Shown here: positions 1 through 9,027 of the stretch, in pieces
Position numbering within the stretch: the stretch's first letter is position 1
Layout: every line of letters begins with the position of its first letter
Notes under the pieces: generated by a model
The model's database searches: none
Told to the model about the DNA's origin: nothing
The model's input: only the letters and a program-made list of their open reading frames with translations
Assembly: GCA_050260675.1 (NCBI GenBank)
Contig: JBLNCN010000011.1
Location: 745,197 to 809,196, forward strand
Length of the DNA stretch: 64,000 nt
From: Bacillota bacterium
GTDB lineage: Bacteria; Bacillota; Sulfobacillia; Fermentithermobacillales; Fermentithermobacillaceae
Reading direction: 5' to 3'
Position numbers and translations under genes: made by a program

Positions 1-1614
1 GGTTATGGTGGAGTGAAGCCTAAGTTCTCGTTCGGTTGCCGAGAGTAGGATCTCAGCTGACCGCTCAAGTTCGCCCTCCATCTGAGCGATGAATGCGAGG
101 ACCAAGTCAGCGCTATTGCGCATCCCCACGCTCTCCTCAGGAATGGCTGAGGTAGCTCGATAGTCGGAGTCGGTGAGCTTGTAGGTTCCTCCGGACAGCT
201 CCGCGATGTACTTCCGAACGAGAGCGACAAACCGCAGCATGGCCTCTGCGTCCGGATGACTCCTTCCACTCGCGGTAAGCAGTTGTTCGGCCCGGTCATA
301 TAGCCGGATGGCCTCACCGAGTCGGCCCTGGACAGTGTACCGCCATCCCTGAGAAAGGCAGAACGTGGGCCGTTCCATCGTCACTTCGGGAGGGAAGCGC
401 AGGTGGACGCCGGCATAGGTAGTAGAGGCCCACCACCCGGGCCCGTTTCGCTCCGCTATATCTGCCACTCGCGCGTAGTCCTTGGCCGCCGTCGCATGGT
501 TCACGGCTTCGAGCGCAAATCCTTGCTCCTCAAACCAACATGACGCCCTGAGGTGCAGTTCTCGCATCAGGTCAGGCTGATCCCGCTCAAGCCTTGCCCG
601 GAGCATTCGCGCCAGGAGACCGTGGTAGCGATACCAGCGCCGTTCGTCATCCATGGAGGTCAGAAAGAGGTTTGAACGCTCCAGGTGCTCCAGTATCTCT
701 TGGCTGCCGGACACGCCGGCAACGGCATCGCAAAGCGGATCGCAGAGGCGATCGAGTATCGCGGTCCGCCTCAGAAACTCCAGGATATCTGAGGGTTGCT
801 TTGTCAAAACCTCGTCTATGAAATAGTCGGCAATATGGCGGTTGTCGCCTGCGAAAGACGCGACCGCTTCCCGGCGGTCTTGGTGGCCCCTTAGGGACAG
901 CGCCGCCATCTGCAGCCCCGCGACCCATCCTTCGGTCCGTTCCTGCAGCGTCCGCACCTCGTCAAATGCCAGACCGGAACCCATCGTTCCATTGAGAAAC
1001 GCCTCGGACTCATCCAGGGAAAACCGCAGATCACCGCCGGTCAGTTCACTAAGCAGCCCTCTGCCGCGCAAGTGGCCGAGGGGAAGATCAGGTTCCGCGC
1101 GCGTAAGGATAATTACCCGCATCGCAGGCGGAAGGTGGTCCAGAAGGAACGCCATCGCCGCGTTGACCGCCTCCCCGGCCGCCAGGTGGTAGTCATCGAG
1201 GACAAGCACGAAGGGTTCCTCACTTGCCAAGATGTCATTGATGAGCTGCGTCAGGAATTGCTCGGGCGTAGGGTGCGGAACGCCCATGAAGGTGGCCAGC
1301 ATGTCCCCGGCAAACTCGGAGTTGCGACCAAGAGCGGGGACCGTCCTGAGGGCCGCTGCCACATAAGTCCAAAAACGCTGCGGCTCGCTATCCGAGGGTT
1401 CCAGAGCCAGCCAGGCGAGCGGCCACCTCCGGCCCCCCGGCGTCTCACGCCACTCGGAGAGAAGCGTTGTCTTTCCGAAACCGGCCGGGGCGATGACCAC
1501 AGTTACGGGGCGGGCCAAAGCTCCAGTAAGGGCAGCCGTGAGCCGCGGGCGGGACACCAGGCTGCTCTTGACAGGAGGAACGCGAGTCTTCGTCTGCAGA
1601 ATTTGAAATGCCAT
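1..1614 (-). CDS. LuxR/MalT-family STAND (NB-ARC-like ATPase + TPR) transcriptional regulator, N-terminal about 538 aa; C-terminus lies beyond the left window edge
   Basis: Manual translation of the minus strand from ATG at 1614 gives MAFQILQTKTRVPPVKSSLVSRPRLTAALTG..PVTVVIAPAGFGKTTLLSEW (Walker A), FVLVLDDYHL (Walker B) and GHLRGRGLLSELTGGDLRF. The frame stays open to position 1. It is absent from the ORF track because it runs off the edge. It is paralogous to the complete regulator at 50487..53114. Confidence 0.75.
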   Translation of the reverse strand, partial: MAFQILQTKTRVPPVKSSLVSRPRLTAALTGALARPVTVVIAPAGFGKTTLLSEWRETPGGRRWPLAWLALEPSDSEPQRFWTYVAAALRTVPALGRNSEFAGDMLATFMGVPHPTPEQFLTQLINDILASEEPFVLVLDDYHLAAGEAVNAAMAFLLDHLPPAMRVIILTRAEPDLPLGHLRGRGLLSELTGGDLRFSLDESEAFLNGTMGSGLAFDEVRTLQERTEGWVAGLQMAALSLRGHQDRREAVASFAGDNRHIADYFIDEVLTKQPSDILEFLRRTAILDRLCDPLCDAVAGVSGSQEILEHLERSNLFLTSMDDERRWYRYHGLLARMLRARLERDQPDLMRELHLRASCWFEEQGFALEAVNHATAAKDYARVADIAERNGPGWWASTTYAGVHLRFPPEVTMERPTFCLSQGWRYTVQGRLGEAIRLYDRAEQLLTASGRSHPDAEAMLRFVALVRKYIAELSGGTYKLTDSDYRATSAIPEESVGMRNSADLVLAFIAQMEGELERSAEILLSATERELRLHSTIT

Positions 1615-1831
1615 TCTAATCGCCCAATAAGTATTCCATAGAGACGCACGTGTACCTTCAAGAAAGGCGTTCATTATCGCAAGGCGGATCACTGTAGCCG
1701 AGGTCCAAAGTCCGAGATGCCCCGATCGGTGGACACCTTTAGCGCTTGGAACGATACTAGATGCAAGAGCAGATGCCCCCCAGTAAGAGCCCGGGACCAC
1801 TGCGGTCAGCCGTGCGGAGAGGATACAGAAC

Positions 1832-2560
1832 ATGCTTCTGAGCGACATCTTTGGGTTTGCTCTCTTCATCGGCTACTACATAGTAGTGGTTGCCGTTATC
1901 CCCATGACGGTCAGGACCTGTTTCAGGGCGCCGTTCGAGGTAGTGCGCAAGATGCATCACGTAGCGTATACCATGTCCATCTTCCCTCTCGTGAAGTTCT
2001 TCAGCTCCTGGTACGCGGCCGTGCTGGCCGCGGCTACGCTCGTCCTCATGGCCTATCCGGCACTCATTTGGGCGGAGCGTTTGCCCTTCTACAAGCGCAT
2101 ATTTGTGGAGAGGGAACCGGGCGACTTCAAGCGACAGCTGCTGATCGCTCAATCGTCTCTCGCGATCCTGATCTTCGTGTTCTGGGGTCTCTTGGGCGAA
2201 AAGTGGCAGTACGTGGCCGTAATAGGCGCCATGGCCTGGGGGTTTGGCGACGCCGCCGCAGCGCTGGTTGGAAAGGCCTTCGGCAGGCACCACGTACGGA
2301 ATAGATACGTCGAGCGGTCAAAGACGATCGAGGGCACGTTGTCCATGGTGGCTGTCACCTTGGTCGCCGTGTTCTTCACGCTCTTGGCGTATGCCGGTCA
2401 ATCCTGGTATGTGAGCCTGGCTGTCGCGGCGTTCGTCGCGCCATTGTGCTCCGTGGTCGAGTTGTTCTCCAGGCGAGGTATGGACTCCCTGACGGTACCG
2501 CTCTCGGCGGCGATTCCTGCCTTCGGCCTCCTCTACCTATTCCGGTCTCTTGGACTCTGA
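1832..2560 (+). CDS. CTP-dependent polyprenol/phytol/dolichol kinase-family (CTP_transf_1-like) polytopic membrane protein
   Basis: Hydrophobic 242 aa ORF with motif WGFGDAAAALVGKAFG...SKTIEGT, typical of the dolichol kinase / VTE5 / CdsA superfamily. Confidence 0.5.
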   Translation: MLLSDIFGFALFIGYYIVVVAVIPMTVRTCFRAPFEVVRKMHHVAYTMSIFPLVKFFSSWYAAVLAAATLVLMAYPALIWAERLPFYKRIFVEREPGDFKRQLLIAQSSLAILIFVFWGLLGEKWQYVAVIGAMAWGFGDAAAALVGKAFGRHHVRNRYVERSKTIEGTLSMVAVTLVAVFFTLLAYAGQSWYVSLAVAAFVAPLCSVVELFSRRGMDSLTVPLSAAIPAFGLLYLFRSLGL

Positions 2561-2570
2561 GGGTCGGAAG

Positions 2571-3194
2571 ATGGGATACCTTTCCCAGGAACAAGCATCC
2601 AGCCGCGAGAGAACCCTGCTTTCCGCCTTTGCCCTCAGCCTTCCCGGACCCCTCGTCACGGGGATCGCCGCCGTCTCAAGCCGCTCGGCAACGCAACTTG
2701 CCGACTTCATACGGCGGACCGCCGAACTCCTTGCCCTCGGCGTTTCCTGGTGGGTCTTCCGCAGGCTAAACAGGGGCACTACGCCAGTAGAGGACGAGCG
2801 GGCCCGCCTAGAACACCTTTCGGGGCTGTGCGTTGCGGCGGCAATGTGCTGCTCTGGGATAGCCATGCTTATCGTCTCCGCGTCGCGGCTCTCCGCCCCG
2901 AAGCCCAGCGGAAACGTAAGCCTGGGACTGGGAATCGCAATACTGGGGCTCCTCACTAACGCGTGGTTCTGGAGGCGATACTCCGCCCTAACCAAAGAAA
3001 CGTTCAACGCAGTGACTGAAGCTCAGAGGAAGCTGTACCTCGCCAAGACGTGGGTGGACCTCTGCGTGGTAATCGCCCTTACGGCCGTTGCGGCCGCTCC
3101 AAGCCACCCGGCTACCCGCTACATTGATGTAGCCGGGTCCGGGGTCGTCGCCTGCTACCTCCTGTATAGCGGATTGCGGGCGGCCAGGAAATAA
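2571..3194 (+). CDS. Polytopic membrane protein, cation-diffusion-facilitator-like TM domain only (metal-site residues not conserved)
   Basis: The track ORF 2550..3194 overlaps the previous gene, so I chose the internal Met at 2571. The segment SATQLADFIRRTAELLALG resembles CDF TM2 (LADAxHxxxD) but has H->R and D->E. There is no C-terminal cytoplasmic domain. Confidence 0.3.
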   Translation: MGYLSQEQASSRERTLLSAFALSLPGPLVTGIAAVSSRSATQLADFIRRTAELLALGVSWWVFRRLNRGTTPVEDERARLEHLSGLCVAAAMCCSGIAMLIVSASRLSAPKPSGNVSLGLGIAILGLLTNAWFWRRYSALTKETFNAVTEAQRKLYLAKTWVDLCVVIALTAVAAAPSHPATRYIDVAGSGVVACYLLYSGLRAARK

Positions 3195-3270
3195 CCATCG
3201 GCTGAAGGTCGCGGCAGGGGACCGCAGAATTCGCACTAGCGTGGAGGGATAGCCAGGGGAGGTTGGACGC

Positions 3271-3667
3271 ATGAGAATCGCTACCTACCTGCTGTTCGAC
3301 CTCCAATGCAGCGACGCGCTGGAGACCTACAGAGAAACTTTCGATGCCAAGTTGGTCTGCAAGCACCTGTTCAACGAACATATGACGAAGGACCCGCAGC
3401 TTTTGGGGAAAGGTCTTTCACGCAGAACTCAAGATCAAGGACTTCTACATCTTTATGTGCGATACCGCTTCATCCTTCGACTATGACAAGCAAGCGTACA
3501 AGATAACGGTCGAGTGCGACAGCCTTGAAGATGCGTCAAGGTACTTCGAGAGGCTCTCAAGAGGAGGACAGGTGCTCTCCCCACTGGCCAAAATGCCCTG
3601 GGGAGACACCGCCGGCCACTTGCGGGACGCTTTCGGCATCAACTGGGATATCGTCTACAGCCCGTAA
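3271..3667 (+). pseudogene. PhnB-like / VOC-fold protein (3-demethylubiquinone-9 3-methyltransferase-like domain) split by a +1 frameshift
   Basis: Frame 1 gives MRIATYLLFDLQCSDALETYRETFDAKLV...DPQLLG. Frame 2 continues GKVFHAELKIKDFYIFMCD...ITVECDSLEDASRYFERLSRGGQVLSPLAKMPWGDTAGHLRDAFGINWDIVYSP. The switch is at the TTTTGGGG run 3401-3408. Confidence 0.6.
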
Positions 3668-4154
3668 CCATATTGTTGACTCATTGAGTCTCGGATCGCA
3701 CTAGTATAGTATAGCAGGCAAAACGATCACGAATCACGGGCGTTTCTGGTATTGGGACTCGGACCGGGGTCAGAACCATGTTTCGTGCGCCAAGACTCCT
3801 CCGCTGAGGCTGGAAGAGAGGCGGTTAACTGCGCCTGGCTATGGGAAGTGGGCCATCGGCGAACGGCTGTCCTCTCTGTACAAGAAGAGGCAGAGAGTAA
3901 AGGTCGGGTCCGGCGAAAGGCAGGAGACAGACAGCAGCTGGGGACCCCGGATGTCCCCCTGAGAAAGACAGAGAAAGGAAACGCTCAATGCCGACCCTGA
4001 CCGCCTAGGATTCCTGGGCCAGCCTCGCAGCCTTGTGCTGTCCGGCGGGCTGTTTCTAAGGATTGCGAGCAGCCAGGCGGTAATCAGGAGATCCTCGGCA
4101 TACGTAGTGAGCGCCGCAGAAAGCAAAAAGGTGAACCGCTCCAGCAGCGACTCT

Positions 4155-4673
4155 TCAGTGGTCTTTGGAAACCAAGTACCACCGACTTTCGTCGTTCCTC
4201 ACTATACCAAGATTGCGCAGAGTCTGAAGAACATATCTCACCCTTCGAGGAATAGTTCCTCGATCCCCGTAGATGGCCGCAATGCGGCTGTAGAGCTGAC
4301 TAGCCTCAACTCCATTCCCTCCAACCAGAACTAGACGATTCAGGACTCCGAAGACGTCGGCAACGAAGGGTGTAGAGTCGATAAGCAACTGCAGACGAAT
4401 CTCCTGTCGCGATGAAGGTGGAAGGCTACTCATTTTCGCATAAGCGGCTGCAAGCCTCTCCTTAGGGATCAACGAGGAGGCGCCAACCATGCGTTCCAGC
4501 TGACTGACTGTCTTTCGCAGAGATGTTGCTGTTGGTATCTCCGGGGATAGGTAATCTCTTAGTGAAGCCCCTAGATCGCTGGGCCCATCAGCTTCCATGG
4601 ATCGTTCGAGAGCATAATCAATCCACTCCGGCCGTAGAGACCTGTCAAACATGATGGGGATACGCGCGTTCAA
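4155..4673 (-). CDS. Small (172 aa) hypothetical protein, last gene of the BREX-like operon; possible BrxA-like accessory factor
   Basis: TTG start at 4673 overlaps the pglZ stop (TTGA) with a GAGGTG RBS 8 nt upstream. No recognisable catalytic motif. A helix-rich VRYVLQTLRNLGIV C-terminus suggests a wHTH. Confidence 0.45.
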   Translation of the reverse strand: MNARIPIMFDRSLRPEWIDYALERSMEADGPSDLGASLRDYLSPEIPTATSLRKTVSQLERMVGASSLIPKERLAAAYAKMSSLPPSSRQEIRLQLLIDSTPFVADVFGVLNRLVLVGGNGVEASQLYSRIAAIYGDRGTIPRRVRYVLQTLRNLGIVRNDESRWYLVSKDH

Positions 4674-6364
4674 CTATGAAACACCTCTGCAACTGGTATG
4701 AGCACTTCCTCTATGCTTAGCCCGCCGTGGCAGTAGCTCTTCGAGCCCATCTCATCAAAGCTTCCGAAGTCTTGCGCAAATAGGGGCCATCGGTCTGGTG
4801 GAAAACCAGGAGGTCTGAAGGAGTAAGCCCTGTCCGAGACGAAACGTCTGCAGACTGCATCATTTTCGAAGATTCGGACCCTCTTGGATCCTTTCTCAGC
4901 TAGTTCACCGACGTGGATCCGCCCGGTGCCTTCGCACAAAGCTTCACCATGATCAGCCGTGATAAATACTCTATAGCCGTGCTTGAACGCTTCGGAGATC
5001 ATCATCTCGAAACGTGGTTTACCAGGCCACCTGCTGCAAGCTTCTCTGAAGGTTTCGGTTTCGGGATTCACACCATGGCAGTACTCATCCCATGTTGTGT
5101 CCACAATACATACTCTCCTTCGGGCAAGGGCAAAGGATTCGAGTACAGCGGACTCCTCCTTGGATGTCACACAAGCACTGCTATCGCCGTAGCGACGGGA
5201 CCAAGCCAGTCGTTCCAGTCTTTCAGTGTGCCTCTCGACTCGGTAATCGGACGGAACACGGCCCTCAAAGAACAGTCTGCGGCTGAACCATGTTGTAGTC
5301 GGAATAGCAGCAAACCCGATCTTGACGATGCATTGTGACACGATCCCCTTGGCCTCCAGATCCTCTTGCACCGCGAGCCAAGCCGGAAGTCCGAGACCAT
5401 CCATCATGAAAATCACGGCCTTACTGTCGCCAACGTCCCAGTCCACTCTATCCAAGACACCTGCTATTCGCAAAACCTCCTGGCTGGAGGAAGATAGGAT
5501 CAGGGCATAGTTCCTTATGAGCCAAGCCTGAAACGCTTTGTTGGCCTCGAGATGATCCGTGCCACTCAATCGACCCCGCAAGAGTATCCGGCAATACTCA
5601 AGTCCATAACGTGCACAATCAACTTCGGACGCCTCGGGGCCGAGATACCCTGATAAGGGTTCTTCCCTAAGGGACTCACGTCGCCCTAACTTTGTTGCCT
5701 CTCGTATCAGGATTCTCACCGGCTCAGAACAAGCAGCGGGCCAGTCGTCTGCCGTTCGCAATAATGCCGCGCGAGCGCTCGATGGATCAGTGAGTACCTC
5801 CGGCACAAGGATAATCCGCTCCAGATAGCTGCAGAGGATCTGCGCAATCTCCCTGGGAAGGCCTTCGTTCGATATTGCTAACCGGCTAAGCAGTCCCATG
5901 ACTCCATCCGCGTGACGAAGGTAGATGGGGTCAATTCCATATAGAGATCGAGAGATCAGAATCGCAGTCTCCTGGGAATCCAGGTTGTCAGGAACTCTAC
6001 TATGTAGAGAGAACAACTCTTCCCACAGCGAGATGGGTATGCCTCTGATCACTTTGGTCGAGAAACGCGGAAAAACGTCACTGATCCCAATCGACACCCA
6101 TCGATAATCGCAGAGGCGAGAGTCAACCAGGGCTCTAGTAGCGACGGGGTCTATAACTGGGAAGATGGGCTTCTCCCCATCGGGAATCTCCTTCAGCAAT
6201 CTAATGTTCTCAAGATCCAGGTCCTGAACGCTCATACCCACGCTCCTGATGGCTTCTCGGATATCTGCCAGTTCAAGGAGATCGTCGGGATCCTCACAGA
6301 AGGTGGGAATACCGGTTATTGGTGTGTCTAACTCCTGAAGGATAGCGGAAACCCACTTCTTCAT
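4670..6364 (-). CDS. pglZ: PglZ-domain protein (alkaline-phosphatase superfamily, BREX core component)
   Basis: Motifs AIPTTTWFSRRLFFEG, ITADHGEA and CHGGLSIEEVLIPV match the PglZ signature (T.T..SR, DHG, HGG.S..E..VP). I moved the start to the Met at 6364, which has a GGGGAG RBS and a 4-nt overlap-type junction with the methylase stop at 6382. Confidence 0.75.
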   Translation of the reverse strand: MKKWVSAILQELDTPITGIPTFCEDPDDLLELADIREAIRSVGMSVQDLDLENIRLLKEIPDGEKPIFPVIDPVATRALVDSRLCDYRWVSIGISDVFPRFSTKVIRGIPISLWEELFSLHSRVPDNLDSQETAILISRSLYGIDPIYLRHADGVMGLLSRLAISNEGLPREIAQILCSYLERIILVPEVLTDPSSARAALLRTADDWPAACSEPVRILIREATKLGRRESLREEPLSGYLGPEASEVDCARYGLEYCRILLRGRLSGTDHLEANKAFQAWLIRNYALILSSSSQEVLRIAGVLDRVDWDVGDSKAVIFMMDGLGLPAWLAVQEDLEAKGIVSQCIVKIGFAAIPTTTWFSRRLFFEGRVPSDYRVERHTERLERLAWSRRYGDSSACVTSKEESAVLESFALARRRVCIVDTTWDEYCHGVNPETETFREACSRWPGKPRFEMMISEAFKHGYRVFITADHGEALCEGTGRIHVGELAEKGSKRVRIFENDAVCRRFVSDRAYSFRPPGFPPDRWPLFAQDFGSFDEMGSKSYCHGGLSIEEVLIPVAEVFHS

Positions 6365-6381
6365 TGGGCTCTCCCCGATCA

Positions 6382-9027
6382 CTAGATTTCCCACTTGAAC
6401 TCCAGCTGAGTTGCGCTTGTCGAGACCATGTCCTTGGCTATGTCTGAGTACATCTGGATCTCTCGGTCTCCCTGGACTACGGTTAGTGGCAGCTTCTCAC
6501 ATACCCGGAGGACGGTCCCGAACTGCTTGGATTCCCAGCAGTACCGAAATCCCTCCAATAGTGCCTCTCGACGAAACACCTTTATCCGTCCTCGTTGGGC
6601 GACATAGCCAGAAAAAACCCTGAGCAGATTCTTGCGTCTGAGGGCATCCAGATCCCTTTCGCGGTTTGGATCTGGAAGTCTCCACCGCTCATCTTCATCC
6701 AAGATAAAGTTCTCCCTAAGGAGCGTCCTGAGTTCAAAATGCTGTTCAGATGGGTCCCAATTCCTAACTTCCTGTAAGTAGCGAGGCGTTAGTTCGCCCA
6801 AGGTGAGCGGGTACTGACTCAATTGAGAGCGGATCCACTGGATTGCACTCTTTTCGTCATGGACGAAGAGTGAGCCCTGTTCAACCTCGGAGTGAATTCG
6901 AAGGGCATCGTAGCGTGCAGCCTGTTCGTGCAGGAAATACATATCATCACGTTCCACGAACCTCTCGTCAAGCATGTGGTAGAAGTCGGGAGCAGACATT
7001 GGAACCGGGATCCCGTTCTTCAGATAGTACGCGATCATCCGATCATACAGCAAGTATCGTGTACGCTCATCGACGACCTTCAGTCGACCACTCTCTGTAG
7101 TCACACCTACTGGCATAGCGGACAGGTATTCTCGGACAAACTCAATAACCCCTGAGACCTCCTTGTGATGACTCGCGAAGGACTCGGTGAACTCCTTCCT
7201 CGGCTTGTACGCAGAAATGACCAGATCCTGATTCACGGTACCGCGACGGGTCACAGCATTGAAGGAGCGTTGACGCTTGTTCAGAGTCCGAACATCCGCA
7301 ATCATTAGACCAGCAAGTTCCAAGGCATTCTGGATGGCCATCCATACCGAGTTCTGGCTGTTGTGAAACACAATTGTCATCCAGTGACCCGGCTTGAGGA
7401 TGCGCGCACATTCTGCAAGTCCCCGTCTCATGATCTCGGAGTAAAAGTCTATCCCCTTGTTGTGAACGTAGTTGAGCACGCAGTCCTCTCGTGGGGCTGT
7501 CTTGACCTTGAGCCAGCTCTCAATAAAGGAATTGAGCTCGGCGTACTGGATTGAGTCACCAAAGGGTGGATCAGTGAATATGTAGTCAACGCTCTCCGAG
7601 GGGATGTTGTGCAAGTCGGAAATGCTCTGTGTGGATACGAAAACATCCCCGGAGATCGCTGTCCTAAGTTTGCCAACATTCTGAACCTTGCGCCGGAGCA
7701 CGTCAAAAACATTGCGTTCCAGATGGTTCGATGGCGTGTACAGGGTACCTGCGACTCCGCCTCCGCCACCGGAATACCCCTGCTTTCTGGATATGTAGTT
7801 GTTTATGGAGCTTAGGCAGAAGCGAAAGAGCCTTGTGTGCCTTCTGGAAGACAGTTCAGCCTCCCAGAGACTGGCATAGGCGAGCAACGCCCTCGGCGTG
7901 TACATTTGGCTAACGTACTGAATGCCACTACCGTTAATCAGCTTGTTCGTCTGCCGGCCCGGTGCAAAAGCATCTAGTGGGTACTTCGGAAGACTCTCCG
8001 ATCGAATCCTCTCAGCAATGACTCTAGCTTGTCCTGGTAAAGCTTCAACAAAGACTCTCTTCTTTCCTGCTTCGAGCCATTGGCCCACCAAAGCAAGTGC
8101 CGGCTCTCTAATGTAGACCCGCCGCTGAGGATCAAACACTGTCTCAAACTTGCGCTCAATCTTTGTGACCCCGGATCTACGGTTGGCGACTTTGCCGACC
8201 AAAGCCCTACAGTGGGGACACATGAAGCTGGGACCGGCTTCATTATTGCCGATAGCATCATAAAAGGAGAACTCTGAGGTACAGACAGGACACACGAAAA
8301 CGTCGGACCATAGAGCGGCTGCCACACGTCGGCCTCTATCTTCATAGAGCCAGGATAAGGTGCTCTCTACCTTATCAATGACAGACATTGCTTCATCTGC
8401 AAAGTCGTCAAGGCTATGAAGGTCTGTATAGTTACGGGCAATGAAGGTCGCTACTGGTGAAAGGTCGGAGAGGATTGCGCGTCTCTTACCCAGTCTTCCT
8501 ATCGGAACGTTTCCATCATATACCGCACCTTCTTGCGTAACTCGGTAGTGTAGCGACTCCACCGAGGCTGTGTCTCCACACAATACTGCTGCAACACCAG
8601 TCATGCCGGTACCGCAGAAGCCATCAAAGACCACATCTCCGGGATCGGTGTAATGAAGTATGTACCTCATGATGGCCTTGTGCGGAACTTTTGTATGGTA
8701 GCTGTGAACTTGGTATACGGGATCGTTTTTGCCATCGCTCACGTCTGCAGCATATTGGTCGCGAAAGGCACCTTGAGTTCGCTTACCTTGACCGTCTACC
8801 ATCTCTGCTACAAAGGGGTTTGGACATGCAGTGTACTGCGGAGGCTCGCTCAGGTCCAGTATGTTCCGTATCGAAGAAGTCTCAGGAAAGCCGCCCGCGA
8901 GCCGAGAGGACGAATCTCCCAGGATACCCTCAAGGATGGATCGGTATCCTTCACCCCTCTCGCGCTCGAAAGTGTCTACCTTTGTAGATCGTTTGGTGTC
9001 TACAAAAAGCCTACTCTGATCTTTCAT
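6382..9027 (-). CDS. N6-adenine (or N4-cytosine) DNA methyltransferase, DPPF catalytic motif, with internal Zn-ribbon insert (PglX-like role)
   Basis: Motif I VFDGFCGTGMTGVAAV lies near the N-terminus. The insert CPVCTSEFSFYDAIGNNEAGPSFMCPHC is a CxxC..CxxC ribbon. Motif IV is DYIFTDPPFGDSIQY, followed by ILKPGHWMTIVF and W-ISAYK. The start was chosen at Met 9027 (GGAGA RBS); the track start 9087 overlaps brxC by 77 nt. Confidence 0.75.
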   Translation of the reverse strand: MKDQSRLFVDTKRSTKVDTFERERGEGYRSILEGILGDSSSRLAGGFPETSSIRNILDLSEPPQYTACPNPFVAEMVDGQGKRTQGAFRDQYAADVSDGKNDPVYQVHSYHTKVPHKAIMRYILHYTDPGDVVFDGFCGTGMTGVAAVLCGDTASVESLHYRVTQEGAVYDGNVPIGRLGKRRAILSDLSPVATFIARNYTDLHSLDDFADEAMSVIDKVESTLSWLYEDRGRRVAAALWSDVFVCPVCTSEFSFYDAIGNNEAGPSFMCPHCRALVGKVANRRSGVTKIERKFETVFDPQRRVYIREPALALVGQWLEAGKKRVFVEALPGQARVIAERIRSESLPKYPLDAFAPGRQTNKLINGSGIQYVSQMYTPRALLAYASLWEAELSSRRHTRLFRFCLSSINNYISRKQGYSGGGGGVAGTLYTPSNHLERNVFDVLRRKVQNVGKLRTAISGDVFVSTQSISDLHNIPSESVDYIFTDPPFGDSIQYAELNSFIESWLKVKTAPREDCVLNYVHNKGIDFYSEIMRRGLAECARILKPGHWMTIVFHNSQNSVWMAIQNALELAGLMIADVRTLNKRQRSFNAVTRRGTVNQDLVISAYKPRKEFTESFASHHKEVSGVIEFVREYLSAMPVGVTTESGRLKVVDERTRYLLYDRMIAYYLKNGIPVPMSAPDFYHMLDERFVERDDMYFLHEQAARYDALRIHSEVEQGSLFVHDEKSAIQWIRSQLSQYPLTLGELTPRYLQEVRNWDPSEQHFELRTLLRENFILDEDERWRLPDPNRERDLDALRRKNLLRVFSGYVAQRGRIKVFRREALLEGFRYCWESKQFGTVLRVCEKLPLTVVQGDREIQMYSDIAKDMVSTSATQLEFKWEI

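Noticed and set aside
1072-1641. 189-aa plus-strand ORF and neighbours 594..821, 842..1192
   Set aside because: The minus strand here encodes a continuous MalT-like N-terminus with Walker A/B motifs. The plus-strand ORFs are low-complexity Arg-rich antisense frames.
3676-3720. TTGACT plus palindrome GACTCATTGAGTC plus TAGTATAGTATAG as a promoter
   Set aside because: Spacing from the -35-like hexamer to any TATA-like hexamer is 20-23 nt. The region lies between convergent gene ends, so promoter function is unsupported.
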